Below, one piece after another: positions 1 to 9,947 of a stretch of DNA of 32,000 nt. A program made the translations under genes and the position numbers. A model generated the notes under the pieces. It was not told the origin of the DNA and did not search any database. It saw only the letters and a program-made list of their open reading frames with translations. Position 1 is the stretch's first letter. Each line of letters starts with the position of its first letter. Source of the stretch: Paramicrosporidium saccamoebae KSL3 (lineage: Eukaryota; Fungi; Cryptomycota); NCBI GenBank assembly GCA_002794465.1, contig MTSL01000190.1, forward strand, positions 1 to 32,000, given 5' to 3'.

Positions 1-31
1 ATAGCCAACTAATCAATCCTCCATGTCACAA

Positions 32-227
32 AACAGTACCCACTTATGACGGTTAATCCCGACAGACATTATAGTCATATTGAGGATGGCGGCCTATAAA
101 GGCGCCACATACTAACGGATACTCTTGCGAATCAACAGGGTCCGTTTATGATTAGGGGCCCCGACCCAGTTAGTAATCCTAAAATCTAGTCATACTGGGG
201 GTGGCGGCCTGAAAGACGTCATATACT
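32..227 (+). repeat. Dispersed non-coding element, locus C (two degenerate ~100-bp tandem units)
   Basis: Units start AACAG at 32 and 134 and end in GGATGGCGGCCTATAAAGGCGCCACATACT (84-113) and GGGTGGCGGCCTGAAAGACGTCATATACT (199-227); aligns by eye to the reverse complement of 9948-10151. Confidence 0.65.
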
Positions 228-280
228 ATGATATATACTTTCGTGCGCTAAAAAACGCATTGTCATTATACAAAATCTAT

Positions 281-1342
281 TTACGGACGCCGATTCGAGG
301 ATAAATAACTCTTGCCAAACTCGTAAGCACCGACCATGATGGCACACGACGGAGTAACCTTGCCCACCCTTGGTCCAATACCTCTCGTCAATCCCGCGAA
401 TCCTTCTGTGCGCCAAATTTCCATCAAATGACTCCCGATACTCTTTGGTACATGAGATGCATCTCTATAGAGTGCAACCTGTTGACGTGTCTTGGCTACA
501 TCAAAGGGCGTGGTAAGAGAGGCGGCAATCATTCCGGATGATGCGCCAGCCATAAACGAGACCAAAAAATTGTTACTGGCAGAATCTCGAAGATGGATGT
601 TACGCCTGAAAATCGATTTAAAGTTTTCATAGCCGGCCCAGTAGAGAGCAGAAAAGGGAACATCCCGCCAGAGGGTTGGGATCAATCCACGATAAAGCGC
701 ACCAGGACCATGGTTCCTGACAGAAGAGAGGATTTCCCGCGCTACGGGGATTACTCCGCCATCCTTTCCCCGATGCTGCATTTTTGTCTTGAGTAGCTCT
801 ATTGGAGAAATCATGGTCACGGCAATTATTCTGGCAGTAGAGCCGGCAAGAAGGGGAACCGCCCAGTGGTGTATATTCGGCTGTTGAGAGATGACAGGAA
901 GTTTCTTTAGTGACTCCCGGATACTCTCATAGCCGACAAAATAGACAATCGTCGCCGGTATGGCCATCAGCAGTGTAGGAGAAAGTCCTCGCCATAGGCC
1001 GCCCAAACCTTCGTGTTGGGTAATCTTGACCACACCGTCCAACGTGCCGGTGATTGAGAGTCGTGGAACCGGACGATCAAAGACGTATAGAGTACGACAG
1101 TTACATGGCCCGACGTGGTCGTAAAAGCGCGAGCAAAATACATAGGGTGACGATACTGAGGCCGAGGCGGGCGCCTGCATACGAACTTTGATAACATCCA
1201 ACGGCGTTACAACCAACGAGGTAATAACGGCGCCGCTACTAGCCGACAGCACCTTTTCGGCCAGCTCGACGGATGCCGTGCCGCCCAGCGGCCTCAGCTC
1301 TGAGACTGACGCAAAGGGTAGAGTCACATTCTCGCCTCTCAT
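281..1342 (-). CDS. MTM1: Mitochondrial carrier, SLC25A39/40 (Mtm1) family
   Basis: Three carrier repeats with Px[DE]xx[KR] motifs (PLDVIK, PIELLK, PFDVAK), RGLSPTLLMAIPATIVYFVGYE and the Cys-containing first matrix loop typical of SLC25A39/40. Confidence 0.9.
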   Translation of the reverse strand: MRGENVTLPFASVSELRPLGGTASVELAEKVLSASSGAVITSLVVTPLDVIKVRMQAPASASVSSPYVFCSRFYDHVGPCNCRTLYVFDRPVPRLSITGTLDGVVKITQHEGLGGLWRGLSPTLLMAIPATIVYFVGYESIRESLKKLPVISQQPNIHHWAVPLLAGSTARIIAVTMISPIELLKTKMQHRGKDGGVIPVAREILSSVRNHGPGALYRGLIPTLWRDVPFSALYWAGYENFKSIFRRNIHLRDSASNNFLVSFMAGASSGMIAASLTTPFDVAKTRQQVALYRDASHVPKSIGSHLMEIWRTEGFAGLTRGIGPRVGKVTPSCAIMVGAYEFGKSYLSSNRRP

Positions 1343-1391
1343 ACCATAAGAATCTTACTCCTGGCTTAACCAATCAGCGGAACCCAACGAC

Positions 1392-1994
1392 ATGAATACA
1401 GACGCGGAACTGTCCACTCGTGACCAGGAAATTATTGCACGTATTTTCAATCAAGGTAAGGGTGAGCTGATGTATAGAGTAAATCGGTTAGAGTTGTATG
1501 ACGTTGGTGCGAATGGGAAGGGCCAGGATGTGAGAGTTAATAGACCCTTATCCGAGACGGAAAGGAGGGCGGCCGGACTTGAAGTAGAGGCCATTAAAGC
1601 AGCAGAGGAGGACAAGGATTTTGAAAGAGCCGCACTGATACTGACCAAAGCAGTTGAGCAATGCCCCTCGTATCCATCACCGTACAATAATAGAGCCCAA
1701 GTATACCGACTCCAAAACAACCTTGACTTGGCCATTTGCGACCTTGACCGTGCCATCGCCCTTTCACAAGAATTCCCCGTCGTCCGACGTCAAGCTCTCT
1801 GTCAACGGGCGTGGATCCGGTATTCGAGAGGGGAAACTGAGGTTGCGTATAAGGATTTTGAAGCTGCAGGTAACCTAGGCGATGCAGACGCCCGTCGAAT
1901 GGCCGTCCGATGCAATCCCTATGCCCGTCTCTGTAATAATATTGTGCAAGGAATGCTTGAGCGGCTCTACTACAGTAAACACGATGAGGTGTAG
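1392..1994 (+). CDS. TTC36: TPR protein, TTC36 family
   Basis: DQEIIARIFN N-terminus, TPR SPYNNRAQVYRL and C-terminal NPYARLCN match TTC36; possible in-frame 36-nt intron 1456-1491 (GTAAGG...TTAG). Confidence 0.85.
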   Translation: MNTDAELSTRDQEIIARIFNQGKGELMYRVNRLELYDVGANGKGQDVRVNRPLSETERRAAGLEVEAIKAAEEDKDFERAALILTKAVEQCPSYPSPYNNRAQVYRLQNNLDLAICDLDRAIALSQEFPVVRRQALCQRAWIRYSRGETEVAYKDFEAAGNLGDADARRMAVRCNPYARLCNNIVQGMLERLYYSKHDEV

Positions 1995-2187
1995 TGTGTT
2001 AGGATGGAGTGGGGTGGGGTGAGGCGGGGTGTAAATTATAGTGAAATATTATAAACTACAAGTGTTAGAATCGGTCAGATTACAGGAAACGTGTTAACAG
2101 TAGTCAACACCGACAATCACTATTGGCCAATACAGTTAGTTAGTAGGAACCAAAATTTACTGAAACTCGACTGGCTCAAAGATAAAA

Positions 2188-3090
2188 CTAGTTAATCTTT
2201 TTTGCGGGGCCAGGCTTTGCAACAGACTGGCGGCCGGAAAAATAGGTACGACGCGCAAAATCCAGGAAAAGGATAATCAGATAGAATACGTAGCTGAAGG
2301 AAAAGGCAAGCGAAACCACATGACTCCAATAACCGTTGATTCCAAGCACATGGGCGAGATTGTCCTTGGGATGCGCCTGGATCGGCACACAGCCCGGAAC
2401 AAGAAGATAGCTCACGGCCAAGGGCAGACCCACGAAGAACTGTGTCAGCTGCATATAAGTCATCAGACGCTTCCATTTGGGCTGATAGCCGAAACAGGTG
2501 AGCGTGTAATAAAAGTACATGAATGTGTGGATGAACGAGTTGAAGCAAACAAACACCCACGCACCGAAAGCACGCGTGCTCGACAACATCCACATGGCAA
2601 TGATAGCGCCTGCGTGATGATAAGTCTGCAAGAAGGAGGAGGGACGACCTTTTGCCAACAAAATGGCCGTGTCGATGAGCTCATAATATTTGCTCATGTA
2701 GAAGATCCAAGTCCAGAAGCCCAGTCCATGACGGTAAGCCCATCCGCCAACATCACAGAAACTGTCATAGCAAGGACGGAAGCGAAAGCTAGCAAGCAGT
2801 AGAGGGAACACGGAGTAGAATGTGTAACCCGAGAACACGGTCAACAGTATGTTGTGGGCGACAACGGCAACTCGGAACAGAGTCCATTCCTGCTTCTTAG
2901 TTGTCTTGGTAGCGGGCGCAGGATTGGCAGCAGCACGACGAATATTGCGACGGCTAAAGTAGGTGACTACGATGGCATAGATGAGGGAGGCGGAGAAGGG
3001 CACGCGCCAGTCCAACGACCAGTTGTAGAGGGCGAGGTCCTCTGGAATATACCAGGTCATCCTCTCGACTACCCTGGTCTGCTGGGCCAT
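2188..3090 (-). CDS. GNS1/SUR4 (ELO) fatty acid elongase
   Basis: SKYYELIDT, LQTYHH histidine box, NSFIHTFMYFYY, TYMQLTQF; multiple TM segments; C-terminal dilysine KKIN. Confidence 0.92.
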   Translation of the reverse strand: MAQQTRVVERMTWYIPEDLALYNWSLDWRVPFSASLIYAIVVTYFSRRNIRRAAANPAPATKTTKKQEWTLFRVAVVAHNILLTVFSGYTFYSVFPLLLASFRFRPCYDSFCDVGGWAYRHGLGFWTWIFYMSKYYELIDTAILLAKGRPSSFLQTYHHAGAIIAMWMLSSTRAFGAWVFVCFNSFIHTFMYFYYTLTCFGYQPKWKRLMTYMQLTQFFVGLPLAVSYLLVPGCVPIQAHPKDNLAHVLGINGYWSHVVSLAFSFSYVFYLIILFLDFARRTYFSGRQSVAKPGPAKKIN

Positions 3091-3259
3091 GAGGTGCCCA
3101 AACTTTCAACTTTTCCATATTTGTATACAGATAAAGTCGTATAATGTATTCGTTGTCGGGGGCTGGGGATATTTGGGGTGGCGGCTGGCTCATGGTCCGC
3201 ATGTAGGGTCAGCTGACATTTCAGGGTCGGATGTACCCCAGCTGGCGTCCTCACGATAA

Positions 3260-4339
3260 ATGTCGCTGGCTGAATTACGTGTGCGGAGAGAGTTGGTAGA
3301 GCCATTAGCAGTGTATCGAGGCAACACTGCCGCAGTGACAGCCTGTGCATTAATACCTCTCGGGGACGAAAACTATGTAATTACTGGGTACTATTATGGA
3401 CGTTGCGTCATGTTACAGTGATACCCATGGTCTAGTGAGAGTGTATGACCTTGCCACGTCAAAGTTTCAGAGGGAATTTAGCCTAGGCAGCGGAATTCTC
3501 TCGCTCCAGGGCAATGGTCGCAATGTCCTCTGGATACACACAAGATCAGGCCATGTATATATATTCAACAACAGTTTTGAGAAAATTAACGATATTTGCT
3601 GTGGTGGATACAGCTTTTGTAAGCTGCGCATACCAAAGAAATGCAGACTTGCTGCATTGCCTTCCACGGAAGGACCAGAACTCTTGGATATCTGGGATTT
3701 GATTGATATTAATTGTATAAGACGGTCTATTGGCGTGTCGGATGAAAAGACTGGAAATGCCATGTGCAGTTTGTGTGTGCCGCAGGGCTTGCTAGTCGGA
3801 TACGATGATGGGACATTGCGGCAATATGGCCCTGACGGAGCAGTCCTGTTGCGATTAAAATTGTTCCCTCAGACAGGTAAGCTGATTGCCTTCCTTATGA
3901 CCTCTAGTGACATGTCTAGATTATACCCCAGACTCTGACATTCTGATTGTCGGTGGTCCACAGACAGACTTGGTCATGATACAGAACTATTCCAAGCCCT
4001 CCGATCATGTCATTGTAAGGACCACGGTCTGCAATGAAGGATTTTCCGACTGTGCCATTGCCGGGAACCTCGTCATGACTGGTGGGTGGGATGGCAAGTA
4101 CGACAAGATGGATAAGCATTAATTGTAGGATTAGGATCTTTTCGGCCAAGAGTATGCAGATGCTGGGAATCATCAACTCACACAGCGACACAATCATATC
4201 GCTAAGTGTCCACAATTGTCCCGATGGCTTCCGTTCTGATCGTCGGCCATACAAGCATCATAATTTGCTATTGGCAGCCAGTCAAGACCGCATTGCAACC
4301 CTCCACTCGCTCGACTTGCTGGAAAATGCAGCAAAATAA
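3260..4339 (+). CDS. ASA1: WD40 protein Asa1/GNB1L; 4 exons, 328 aa
   Basis: Exons 3260-3387, 3419-3876, 3908-4097, 4129-4339, separated by three 31-nt GT-AG introns; spliced product reads PLAVYRGNTAAVT...GDTHGLVRVYDL and GGWDGKIRIFSAKSMQMLGIINSH. Confidence 0.8.
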
Positions 4340-4351
4340 AGTTAAACATAT

Positions 4352-5725
4352 ATGGAGGAAATTGGCGTGCTGCATTTCCTAAAGGCGCCGAAATGGGCTG
4401 CATTGTGTCCGACAGTAGACTTGGTGGCTGTCTTGGGGGACGAATATTTGGCAGTGTATCGGTTCACTGGAAAGGTGGTTTGGAGCAGGCGAGTGGTACG
4501 GGACGCAGAAATTAAATGGAATGCAGATGGTGCTTCAAACATCAACGTGCTGAGATTGTAGGCACCTTTTTAATCTTGCGCACCGACAGTTCAGTGTGTC
4601 TATATGACAGGGAAAATGGGTGCGAGAGAGCTCTGCCAAGAGAATTTATGGACTGCAACAGCTTCGTAATGGTGCTCCACGATGGCCAGAACGTCAGCAT
4701 ACAGTAACCCATAACTGTCACTAACTCATAGGTCGTGGGATGGCATCGAGTTGGCCGCTCTTAATCACACAAAATTCCACTGTTTGCATGGCAAGTGTAT
4801 ACTCGTTGGTGCAAGCGGCGCCAATCTGGAACTTTACGAAATGACACACGTGGAGCAGTCTACTAGCAACACTACTGATCATGCAAAAGTGTTAAAGGAT
4901 ATTGAGGCGGAAATTGAGCATCTGAACGCTTGTTTCTGCAAAATTCGTGACCAAATTGTCAATTTTGGAGTCGATCAGATTGTGCAAATGTACACCACGG
5001 CTGATCAGAAATTGTTTAGTGGGTTCTCAGAGCGGGTCATGTCGTTGAATACGAGACAACAGGAGAGTCGGTATCATACCGCTCACACAGGCATCAGTTC
5101 TAATCTGAGGAGACTTAGTAAGGGACACGAGGCTGAATGCCAAGAAATGAGACGTCTTATAAGCGATCACCAGGAAGGATGGGATATTTTGGTGCTGTGG
5201 CTCAGAGGAATCCAGCAGTCAGTTCTGGCAGAAGACACGGCCAGGAAATGGCAGTCAAAATGCACCTCAACAACAATGTCCAAGGTGCTAAATATTCTTC
5301 AAAAAAGCACAGATGTGTGGAATGACCAAGTGGTGTGGCTTTGCAACCTGCTGAAAGTGTCCTTTACAGAGCCGCCGATTCGAGTGAATCTAAAGTTTAT
5401 TACCACAATTGAGGAGACTTGTGTTACAAATGTAGTTTCCGATGAACACTACATTGTGACAATCTCCGACTGCAAAATTTCTAGGGTGCACCTGTCCAGC
5501 CTAGAATCATGCAGATGGGACACGATTCAGGGATCACAGATTTTGGATGCCCACAATCTATTGTATAGTAAAGAGGAAGATTTGATCCGGCTGAACTTTG
5601 ACACTTGTGAAAGCAGTACTGTCGGTCATTGGGATTTTGCAAATGTGCCATTCACTGTTTGTTCTGCGAGAAGAACCATTTTAGCTGCTGTCGACAACCG
5701 CCTCCACGCGTTATCCATAGATTAA
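4352..5725 (+). CDS. Anaphase-promoting complex subunit 4-like, divergent; 3 exons, 437 aa
   Basis: N-terminal CPTVDLVAV...VYRFTGKVVW...IKWNADG resembles the APC4 WD40 start; introns 4530-4561 (32 nt) and 4704-4731 (28 nt, CTAAC branch) restore one frame; helical middle region. Confidence 0.6.
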
Positions 5726-5766
5726 TGTTACCAGAGACGTGATAGTAAACTGCGATGCATTCCATC

Positions 5767-5903
5767 ATAGCATGGCGCAACTACGAATTAAAACTGTGAC
5801 ATTTTATAGCATGGCGTCACTATGGATTAAAAATGTGACCTATTATAGCATAGCATAACGACGAATTAAAACTGTGTGACATATTATAGCATGACTACGG
5901 ATC
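5767..5903. repeat. 39-41 bp minisatellite, about 3.4 copies
   Basis: Units at 5767, 5806, 5845, 5886, each ATAGCAT...ATTAAAA(C/A)TGTGAC. Confidence 0.9.
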
Positions 5904-6029
5904 AATCGGGGTTTTCGATATATGCAGTCCTTATTGCTACGTAAGGGTTCACAACGGACCAAAACCGCACGGATCAAAGACCCCCGTTTTTATTATAAAC
6001 CAATTTCGTATCTTCCGGTCGGTGTTTCA

Positions 6030-6270
6030 ATGTCATCCATCTGGACAAAGTTCCGAGTCGACCCCGCCGTGGTGCTCGCTCGTCAGCGCGAATACCTTGT
6101 ACAATACTTTAATGGTCTAACGGTAGAAACCATCTCCATACCCGCTGTTCATGCGCACACCCTTTCGTCGCTACACGTTTGCAGGGTATTGCGTATTTCT
6201 GGTCGGTTTAATGGGGTTTAATGGCTATGCCGTATATGCCCTTCTCACAGTACCACGGGAATTATGCTAA
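6030..6270 (+). CDS. Cytochrome c oxidase subunit 7 (Cox7/COX7A)-like micro-protein, 70 aa, 2 exons
   Basis: Intron 6099-6126 (GTACAA...TCTAAC.GGTAG, 28 nt) joins MSSIWTKFRVDPAVVLARQREYL to KPSPYPLFMRTPFRRYTFAGYCVFLVGLMGFNGYAVYALLTVPRELC; the V..Q+.Y / P.FMRTP / single TM pattern resembles fungal Cox7 as recalled. Confidence 0.7.
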
Positions 6271-6441
6271 TAGTTTAGGGGAAGTATAACAAGGAGTAGT
6301 CAATAAATGTGCGTCGTAGTGGATTTATGATGCAGTGGACTGATTGACGCATTATTTATTGCCAGTCGCCTCTAGTTGGTGTACATTAATGCCTCACTTG
6401 CGAGGCACAAAACCGTCAAAGCTCCACTACAAAACAGGTTA

Positions 6442-7959
6442 TTAATAGCTGCGCGCAAAGAGTGTCCATCGCTTGGAGGGCCGACTGCAGGCTGGACAGG
6501 AGAGGTTGGAGAGGATTTCAAAGGGCTGCTCAAACGGTATGCAGAGACATTTGGCACCGGCAATTGCTTGCTCACTTGTGCGCTCTTTAATAGATCGCTC
6601 ACAGGAGGCCTCTTCACACCATGGAATCATGCACATTTTGCCAGCAGCAAGTGCTTGGGTGACAGTGTCCCAATTGGTGGCAGGGATGATACTTTCCAAG
6701 TATTTTTTACGCGCCTTGCTCAACATGCCGTTGTGGATAGACTCCAACTGTAATGTTACAATATTTACAAGATCTGACTTTAACATCCTGCCCTTTGTTC
6801 CATCATATCGCACTGCGTATGAATATGCCTCTGAATCCAACTCTTTTGGCCCGACTTCTATGCGAAGGGGAACACCCTTTAGCTCCCAATGACTAAACTT
6901 CCATCCTGGAGTCTGATTTTCTGCCAAATCTGCCATCGTTCGAATGCCACCAGCATTCAATTGTGCAGCAATTGTCTGACACTCCTGTCTGATACGATTG
7001 GAGATGGCAGAATCGGTCCTGGTTGTGATTCCCACAGGTAACACGACCACTTGGGTTGTAGCAACTCTTGGTGGCAATACCATGCCTTGATCGTCGCCAT
7101 GAACCATGGCCATGACGCCAATCGATCTCGTAGTGAATCCCCATGAATTTTGCCAAGCATACTGCAATTGTCCCTTGCCGTCCTCGAATTTAATGTCAAA
7201 CATTCGTGAAAAATTCTGTCCCAATCCATGGGACGTTGCTCCTTGAATCGCCCGTCCAGCCTCAGGGATAAATGCCTCTACTGTGGTGGTGTATTCTGCG
7301 CCGGCAAATTTCTCCGTTTCTGATTTGACGCCCTCCATGACCGGAACTGCCAGCATCTCCTCAAACACTCGTCGATAGAGTCCCAAAATGTCCCTCACCT
7401 CTGCATCCGCTTCTTCTCTTGAAGCAAAGGCAGAATGTCCCTCTTGCCAGAGAAATTCTCGTGACCGGATGAGCGGCTGGGGGTTCTTAAATTCCCACCG
7501 AACCACATTGCACCATTGGTTCAGTCTAAGTGGGAGGTCCCTCCATGTCTTTATCCACCGTGAATATGCCGGATAAATGGCAGTCTCTGAGGTCGGTCTA
7601 ACCGCCAATCTCACATTCAATGGCGCGTCACCAGCATGAGTCACCCAAGCCACTTCTGGAGAGAATCCTTCAAGGTGAGCTTGCTCGCGTTGAATGGCCG
7701 GTTCCGGGATGAGAAGGGGAAAGTAGGAATCCTGGATGCCACGAGATTTAAATTCGGTATTCATAAAGGCCTGAATATGGGCCCATATGGCGTATCCCCA
7801 AGGACGGAGAATATAGCACCCACTGACGTCGGAGTAGTCCAGCATCTCTGACCGTATCAAACTCTGTGTATACCATTGCGAAAAGTCGTCCCGTTTAGCG
7901 ACTGTAAGACCCAGCTCCTTGGCCTTGATGGCTTGATACAGCCGAACACTGATGCGCAT
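6442..7959 (-). CDS. Prolyl-tRNA synthetase (eukaryote/archaeal type), paralog 1
   Basis: RPTSET, NQWCNVVRWEF, REFLWQEGH, QNSWGFTTRSIG, anticodon-binding domain, Zn-binding Cys and terminal RSY. Confidence 0.97.
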   Translation of the reverse strand: MRISVRLYQAIKAKELGLTVAKRDDFSQWYTQSLIRSEMLDYSDVSGCYILRPWGYAIWAHIQAFMNTEFKSRGIQDSYFPLLIPEPAIQREQAHLEGFSPEVAWVTHAGDAPLNVRLAVRPTSETAIYPAYSRWIKTWRDLPLRLNQWCNVVRWEFKNPQPLIRSREFLWQEGHSAFASREEADAEVRDILGLYRRVFEEMLAVPVMEGVKSETEKFAGAEYTTTVEAFIPEAGRAIQGATSHGLGQNFSRMFDIKFEDGKGQLQYAWQNSWGFTTRSIGVMAMVHGDDQGMVLPPRVATTQVVVLPVGITTRTDSAISNRIRQECQTIAAQLNAGGIRTMADLAENQTPGWKFSHWELKGVPLRIEVGPKELDSEAYSYAVRYDGTKGRMLKSDLVNIVTLQLESIHNGMLSKARKKYLESIIPATNWDTVTQALAAGKMCMIPWCEEASCERSIKERTSEQAIAGAKCLCIPFEQPFEILSNLSCPACSRPSKRWTLFARSY

Positions 7960-8004
7960 AATAGTTTATTATTTTTAGGATGTTAAAGAGTAAAGGTGTG
8001 AGGC

Positions 8005-8013
8005 TTGAGTCAT
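8005..8013. promoter_or_regulatory. Gcn4/AP-1-like site (8/9 match)
   Basis: TTGAGTCAT, about 46 nt upstream of the ProRS-1 ATG. Confidence 0.5.
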
Positions 8014-8221
8014 TCATTAGTAATGACTGGGGAGTTTCGATCCGTAAATATTCTGTTGAACGAACGGAACTCGTGGATTGTGGGATCGCTATCTGGATTA
8101 CCAATTAGAAGCGGGTACTGTTCAACACAATGTATTTATAATCGCCACAAAAGACTCTTTATTAGACTCCATGGTTTCCTGAGTTGCTGATTCGTTGTAT
8201 CGGTTCTTTGCCGTTGCAAGC

Positions 8222-9748
8222 CTAGTAGCTGCGACCAAAGAGGGTATAGCTCTTTGCGGGCTTGCCACATTGGACACAAAACTTTTCAGTACACTTGGCG
8301 GGCTGATCAAAGGGAATGCAGAGTGATTTGGCACCCATTGCCGGAGCACGCGAATCCACAGCCGCGTCATCAGTAGCTTTGACAGCGCTCCTGTCCTTAA
8401 TTTGATCCTCACAGGTGCTATCCTCACACCATGGGATAAGCACGCAGCACTTGTTATCCAGAGCAGGGGTGACATCCTCCCACTTTTCAACAATCTTGAT
8501 GCAGGCATCATAGGCAGTCTTGGCTTTGGCAAACATTCCACCGTGGATCTCGTCCAAGAGAGCCTTTGCCACCTGTCCAATGTTGTCTAGCGAGACTTGG
8601 CGCTTTTCTCCACTGTATCTGATGCAGGCTCGGGTCTGGTTGGAAGTGAGTTCCTTGGGTCCGACTTCGAATCGCACGGGAACACCCTTCAATTCCCAGT
8701 GATTAAACTTCCAGCCCGGGGTAATGTTGGCTCGCAGATCAGCCTTGGCACGGATGCCGGCAGCAATCAGAGCATTTGCCAACTCGGTACACTTGGCCTG
8801 AATCTTTTCTTCATCCTCAGCCGAGGTCTTTGCAGTGATGCCGACGGGGACAATCACAACTTGGATCGAGGCAACACGCGGAGGAAGGACGAGACCGCTA
8901 TTGTCACTGTGTGTCATCACCATAACACCAATGGAGCGCGTAGTGAATCCCCAAGAGTTTTGCCAAACATATTCAGTCTCGCCATCCTTGCCTTCCACAC
9001 CAATCTTGAACATTTTAGAAAAGTTTTGTCCCAAACAATGTGAAGTACCACCTTGGATTCCACGTCCGACGGAGGGAATAAATCCTTCTACTGTGGTGGT
9101 GTATAAAGCACCGGCAAATCGCTCCTTCTCGCTCTTCATTCCCTTAATCATTGGCACGGCAAGCAAATCTTCATAGACGGCGCGATAGGATTCCAAGGCT
9201 TGAAGCACATCCTGGTCTGCCTCGCTCTTGGTAAGGAAACAAGTGTGTCCCTCTTGCCAGAGAAACTCACGCGAGCGCAAGAACGGCTGGGGATGCTTAA
9301 ACTCCCACCGCACCACATTGCACCATTGATTCATCTTGAGCGGCAAGTCACGATGACTGTTGATCCATTTTGCATATGCCGGGTACATGATTGTCTCGGA
9401 TGTTGGACGGACTGCAATCGGCTCAGGAAGTTCAGAGGAGCCGGACCGTGTGACCCAAGCAACTTCGGGGGCGAATCCTTCTACATGGTCCTTTTCCTTT
9501 TGTAGGGCACCCTGTGAGATGAATAGGGGAAAGTAAGAGTCCTCAACACCGGCCGCTTCAAACCTTTGGCCTAAAAAGGCCTGGATTTCTTTCCAGATTT
9601 TATAACTCCAGGGACGAAGAATATAGCAGCCAGAAATGTCTGAATAATCCATCATTTCAGCACGGAGCAGCACTTGGGTGTACCAGGCGGAGAAATCGAC
9701 TTCCTTTTTGGCTTCAATGCCGAGCTTTGTTTCCTTTTCGTTAGACAT
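8222..9748 (-). CDS. Prolyl-tRNA synthetase (cytosolic type), paralog 2
   Basis: Same motifs as paralog 1; GIQGGTSHCLGQNFSKMF; ends FGRSY. Confidence 0.97.
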   Translation of the reverse strand: MSNEKETKLGIEAKKEVDFSAWYTQVLLRAEMMDYSDISGCYILRPWSYKIWKEIQAFLGQRFEAAGVEDSYFPLFISQGALQKEKDHVEGFAPEVAWVTRSGSSELPEPIAVRPTSETIMYPAYAKWINSHRDLPLKMNQWCNVVRWEFKHPQPFLRSREFLWQEGHTCFLTKSEADQDVLQALESYRAVYEDLLAVPMIKGMKSEKERFAGALYTTTVEGFIPSVGRGIQGGTSHCLGQNFSKMFKIGVEGKDGETEYVWQNSWGFTTRSIGVMVMTHSDNSGLVLPPRVASIQVVIVPVGITAKTSAEDEEKIQAKCTELANALIAAGIRAKADLRANITPGWKFNHWELKGVPVRFEVGPKELTSNQTRACIRYSGEKRQVSLDNIGQVAKALLDEIHGGMFAKAKTAYDACIKIVEKWEDVTPALDNKCCVLIPWCEDSTCEDQIKDRSAVKATDDAAVDSRAPAMGAKSLCIPFDQPAKCTEKFCVQCGKPAKSYTLFGRSY

Positions 9749-9804
9749 GTAAGTGACTTGAAATGATCGTCACGACCCCGGCTGCATTTATCCTGCCAGC
9801 TCAC

Positions 9805-9848
9805 ATGAGTCATGGTGGTCAGGTCTATTACGATGACTAATGATTCAT
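9805..9848. promoter_or_regulatory. Gcn4/AP-1 consensus plus two variant sites
   Basis: ATGAGTCAT 9805-9813, ATGACTAAT 9833-9841, ATGATTCAT 9840-9848, upstream of the ProRS-2 ATG (9748). Confidence 0.6.
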
Positions 9849-9947
9849 TTAAACGTGATTCATAGTTGTGAGGTCATCCGTAAGGACCCTGTTACCGGGT
9901 GTGGGTGTTTTCATTAAAGGCGCCTGTTTATGGGTGGGCTATCTTTG

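Noticed and set aside
2121-2132. 12-bp palindrome TATTGGCCAATA
   Set aside because: Lies between convergent genes; single short palindrome with no supporting context.
2954-3350. Minus-strand ORFs upstream of the elongase
   Set aside because: They overlap the elongase or the ASA1 first exon and have no recognisable motifs.
5922-6221. 99-aa ORF as a gene
   Set aside because: Superseded by the spliced Cox7-like model; it reads through the intron.
6442-7959. Halofuginone/febrifugine self-resistance ProRS
   Set aside because: The Leu of the TSHxLG motif (resistance site in Plasmodium, from recall) is conserved in both paralogs, and there is no biosynthetic cluster nearby.
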